Both the position numbers and the translations under genes were made by a program. This document shows, piece by piece, positions 60,220-64,000 of a stretch of 64,000 nt of DNA (position 1 is its first letter; each line of letters starts with the position of its first letter). The notes under the pieces were generated by a model. It had not been told where the DNA came from. It was given only the letters and a program-made list of their open reading frames with translations, and made no database searches. The DNA comes from an uncultured Nitrospinota bacterium (GTDB lineage: Bacteria; Tectomicrobia; Entotheonellia; J063; CAVPRW01), in the NCBI GenBank assembly GCA_963707985.1, contig CAVPRW010000040.1, positions 1 to 64,000 on the forward strand, written 5' to 3'.

Positions 60220-61770
60220 TTACTTATCTAACCAGGTCGTCTCAAAGCGGATTTTGTAGCCATACAAATTCTCATAGCCCTTCACATAGGTGCGGGCCGC
60301 TTGGGTAAAGGGCAGGGTGGTGACGCTCTGGTACAACATGTTCTCGGTCACATAGCGCTGCAGCTCATACCCCGCCTGGAGGAATGCCTCCTCCGTGGTC
60401 GTCTCACGCAGACGGTCGATCAGCGCATCCACATGTGTGTCCTGATGGTTGCTGCTGTTGTTTCCGGACCGCGTATCGATCAGCCTGGTCGACGAATAGG
60501 TATCGAACGAGCCACCGCTCAAATTGAGGAGCTGGTCCCAGTCACGGTCATGCGTATATCGCCGCAAGAAGATCGGCCGGTCGAGGACCTCTACCGTCAC
60601 CTCCACGCCGAGCTTGGCATACTGCGTCTTCATAATGGTGGCGATCGTCGGTAGCGACGCTTCCGCGGCATTGGTCATCAGGGTGTAGCGCAGAGGGTTC
60701 TTCGCATCATACCCGGCCTCCTTGAGCAGGGCTCTCGCCTTCTCGGGGTCATAGGCGAACTGGTCGCCGAAGTCGAAATGTCCCCTGGCTCCGGGGGGCA
60801 CGAAACTCCATAGGGGCTGCGCAAACCCCAGGAGCGCCGTCTTGGCGATGGCGTGCCGATCGATGCCATATCCCAGCAAGGCATGACGCACCCGTACGTC
60901 CTGGAAGGCCGGTTTGCGGAGGTTGAAGTAGCACTGGGCGCGCTGCACATCTCGACCCCGAATGACGTGCAGCTGCGGGTCTTTGGTGAGCCGTTCAATA
61001 TGTTCACTCGGGATCCAATTCGCGAAATCGACTTCCCCCGTCCGTAGGGCCGCGACGCGAGTCACCCCCTCCTTCATAATGCGCAGATCAACGCGATCCA
61101 GGTAAGGAAGCCCGGGCTTGAAGTAGTTGGGGTTCTTCTCAAGTACGATGACCTGGTTTTGCTCCCACCTCGCCAGCTTGAAGGGTCCAGTGCCCACGGG
61201 ATGCATGCGCACGTCGTCTTTGCCCCACTGTTTGTAGGAGGCTGGAGACATCTGTAGAAACCCGGTCCGATAGGCGGCCATCACCGGCAGCAGGATGATG
61301 CTGGGGTGCTTGAGGGTGAACTTGACCGTGTGCGCATCGATGGCTTCCACCGACTCAACGATGCTGTAATTGGGGGCATCGAACGCCTTCTCCTCGGGAT
61401 CCATGATGCGTTGAAAATTCCAGCGCACCACCTCGGCATCGAAGTCGGTGCCATCGTGGAACTTCACCCCTTTGCGCAGGTGGAAAACATAAACCTTGCC
61501 GCCCTCCAGGATCTCCCAGGACTCGGCCAGGTCTGGGACATAGTTTAGGTCAGAATCGATGGTGATTAAGCTGTTGAACAGATTGCCCACAGCGCGATAG
61601 GCCTGGATGCCTGCGGAGAGATGGGGGTCCAGTCCGGTGACATCCGATTCCCACGCGACTTGTAGTGTACCTCCGGACTTGGGTTGTTGTGCCCAGACTG
61701 CCAGCGGCACCAGCAGGAGCACTCCGACTACCACCATCATGAGCCCAGAGCCACGTCTGTGCCCCTTCAT
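60220..61770 (-). CDS. ABC transporter substrate-binding protein, family 5
   Basis: Signal peptide; PDLAESW, LRKGVKFHDGTDFDA, PVGTGPFK and YFKPGLPYLD. Confidence 0.94.
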   Translation of the reverse strand: MKGHRRGSGLMMVVVGVLLLVPLAVWAQQPKSGGTLQVAWESDVTGLDPHLSAGIQAYRAVGNLFNSLITIDSDLNYVPDLAESWEILEGGKVYVFHLRKGVKFHDGTDFDAEVVRWNFQRIMDPEEKAFDAPNYSIVESVEAIDAHTVKFTLKHPSIILLPVMAAYRTGFLQMSPASYKQWGKDDVRMHPVGTGPFKLARWEQNQVIVLEKNPNYFKPGLPYLDRVDLRIMKEGVTRVAALRTGEVDFANWIPSEHIERLTKDPQLHVIRGRDVQRAQCYFNLRKPAFQDVRVRHALLGYGIDRHAIAKTALLGFAQPLWSFVPPGARGHFDFGDQFAYDPEKARALLKEAGYDAKNPLRYTLMTNAAEASLPTIATIMKTQYAKLGVEVTVEVLDRPIFLRRYTHDRDWDQLLNLSGGSFDTYSSTRLIDTRSGNNSSNHQDTHVDALIDRLRETTTEEAFLQAGYELQRYVTENMLYQSVTTLPFTQAARTYVKGYENLYGYKIRFETTWLDK

Positions 61771-62119
61771 GAGCTTCCCTCCTCACAGTGGTTCTTACCC
61801 CTCGACATGAGCGCGCTGAGGGCGCCCCGTGTGCCAGGCTGCCTCGATTCGAGATGACTTCAGTTGATATGGTAACGGGGGTCAGTCGTCACAGATGACC
61901 AACCCCCGGTCATGCGTAAAAAGCCGGAACGACACGGGACGTCCCCCCTGCGGGAGGGACCTTACAGGCGCGTGAGGAGCTGCGGTCGGAGGAGAAAGTG
62001 AGGAACGACGGCGCAGTTCGCTGGCAGGAACATCCCAATGTGTTTCATGAGCGTCGCCCTCAACGGCCTCTGCTGGGCCGATAATGACCATAGAGACTAC
62101 AAACCTGGCGAGTGGCGGC

Positions 62120-62148
62120 ATTCTAGCCCTGGTGCTTGGTGGTGTCAA
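62120..62148 (-). promoter_or_regulatory. Near-consensus sigma-70 promoter
   Basis: Minus strand reads TTGACA-17 bp-TAGAAT, about 350 bp upstream of the SBP start at 61770. Confidence 0.75.
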
Positions 62149-62772
62149 TGGGGTCGTTCAGCGGGGACCAAAGCCGGTGGTCTGCACAATTGCGTCAGGG
62201 TGCGCATCTCTGCCGCGCCAAAAATAGAGGTTGACATCCTTTGACAAACTCGTCTAGGCTCAATGGGCATTCTTTGTACGGAACCACATCGTCTCTATCC
62301 CGCCCGCAAGACGCTTTACAAGGGCTGTAGGTGCCTCGATGACCAGTCAGTGCTCAAGCGGTTCGCGCCTCTACATTGAGTATCTGCTCATCCGAGCCTG
62401 ATCCCTTTCCTACATCTCAGTGTGGGAAAGGGTGATAGGATATTCTACGCTCATCCTCTACCTGACGTTGGTTCTCTCGAACCTTTAGGCTGTGCAAGTC
62501 ATGCAAAGATATCTTCTTCGTGGCGTGCTACTCCTAATCCCCCTCATCACTGTCGCAGGTAGGTATGCCGACTGGCTCATCGATGGTCCCGTCGTGTCGG
62601 GAACGGACCCACTGAGTGGTCGCATGCAATGTGCCGGGAGATAGTCGATGCGATACCCTTGATCCACGACTGAAGGCATGAATCAGTCTCACGGAGAACC
62701 GTGCTGAGTCACGAGTCGTTAGGAGTGCTTGGCATCACTCAGATCTCAGCCTGCGCTTCTCGGGAGGTGCGT

Positions 62773-64000
62773 ATGAAGAGATGTTGGCTCGCCCGTTTCT
62801 GCTTGTGCATGTCACTGGTGTTGTGGTCGAGCCTCATCTGGGCTCAGCAGCCGCAATATGGTGGCACCTTGCGCATCGCTCTGCCCGGGGATTTGACGTT
62901 TTTCAATGCCCACCAGGGATCAGCTCCTGGCAGCAATACCGCCTGGGTCGCCAACAACATCTTTAATTCGCTCGTCACCCTGACACCTCCTCCCGAGTTC
63001 AAGGTCGTTCCCGAGCTCGCCAAATCTTGGGAGATTCTGGATGGTGGCCGGACCTATATCTTTCATTTGCAGGAGGGGGTCACGTTCCATGATGGCACCG
63101 ACTTTGATGCCAAAGCCGCCAAGTGGAACTTCGATCGGATTCTCGACCCTCAGGTCAAATCCTGGGTGCAGCCTTACTACGAAGAAGTCCAACAGATCGA
63201 GGCGGTCGACAAGTACACCCTACGCGTGCGCATGAAAGAACCCTCCGGCGCCCTCCTGACGGCCCTGGCGGGGTACTTCCAGGGTATTCCAATGGCCTCC
63301 CCGAAATCGTTCGAAACCTACGGTGAGGAATGGGTGCGCCATCCCAGCGGTACAGGCCCATATATCCTGAAGCAGTGGGTCCCTGGTGAGCAGGTGATTC
63401 TGGAAAAGAATCCCCACTACTTCAAGAAAGGACTTCCCTACCTCGACACCCTCGAGTTCCAGGTGATGAAGGAGCCCTATGGAGCCGCCGCCTGGCTGCG
63501 ATCGGGGGAGGTGGACCTCATGGCGCGTGTGCCCATCCAGCAGGTGTTTGTCCTCGAAAACAGCCCCAACATTCAGGTGCGTGACCGGACCGGAGATGGC
63601 TCCGGTCGTGGCGTTACTGAACATGCGTGTCAAACCCTTCGACGACGTGCGAGCCCGTCGTGCCGTCGGGGGATATGGGCATCGATCGCTTCAAGATTGC
63701 CAAAGTAGGTTTTGGCGGACGGGCACAGCCGCTCGTGAGCGTGTTGGCCTCAGGGGTGCCGGATGCGATCGACCTGAACGACATGTATCCGTATCGCCCT
63801 GAAGAAGCCAAGCGATTGCTCAAAGAGCTGGGATTCGACGAGGCGAACCCATTGACGCTGACCATCCTCATCCCGAATCACGAACCGACACTGGCCGACA
63901 TTGGCACACTGGTCGCCCATCAGTTGGAAAAGATTGGCGTACGCACCCACGTGACCCTGTTGGATGCCATCGCCTGGGTGGAGCGCGTGTTGGTGGCGCA
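62773..64000 (+). CDS. ABC transporter substrate-binding protein, family 5; frameshifts near 63580-63680; runs off the window
   Basis: GGAGG RBS; signal peptide; PELAKSW, FHDGTDFDA, PSGTGPY and YFKKGLPYLD; KPFDDVRARRAVGGYG in another frame; paralogue of 60220-61770. Confidence 0.9.

Overview
A 64 kb bacterial window at roughly 60% GC (estimated by eye). Its gene content resembles Candidatus Tectomicrobia or related soil lineages (inference only): many orphan family-5 ABC substrate-binding proteins, an LLM oxidoreductase, and CMD and DinB proteins. The left end holds the start of a type VI secretion operon (tagJ/impE-tssA-tssB, running off the window). Next to it lie an ankyrin-repeat lipoprotein and a 12 kb co-oriented envelope locus. 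That locus encodes two exported caspase-family (C14) proteases, CsgG/TolB-N-like lipoproteins, an outer-membrane beta-barrel, a 10-repeat PKD-like surface protein and a GT-C-like membrane protein; it is the best candidate for an undescribed system. The middle is mostly housekeeping and transport: a PAS/GAF kinase, MFS transporters, rimO, tmk, a cytochrome c pair, an M16 peptidase pair, bcp, a deoxyhypusine synthase-like gene and degP. At 41.3-47.8 kb an accessory patch carries a consensus sigma-54 promoter with phased upstream palindromes. This promoter precedes an EamA transporter, folE and a histidine phosphatase (a candidate pterin make-and-export module), and the last gene is cut by an IS6 remnant. 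The right end has an OmpR-family two-component pair, FUSC, BI-1, LLM, uvrC, HAD, an alpha/beta hydrolase, tatA and three more SBP genes. Many genes, including uvrC, carry single-base frameshifts, which suggests long-read indel errors. I found no tRNA, rRNA or CRISPR array. All family calls come from motif recognition, not database searches.
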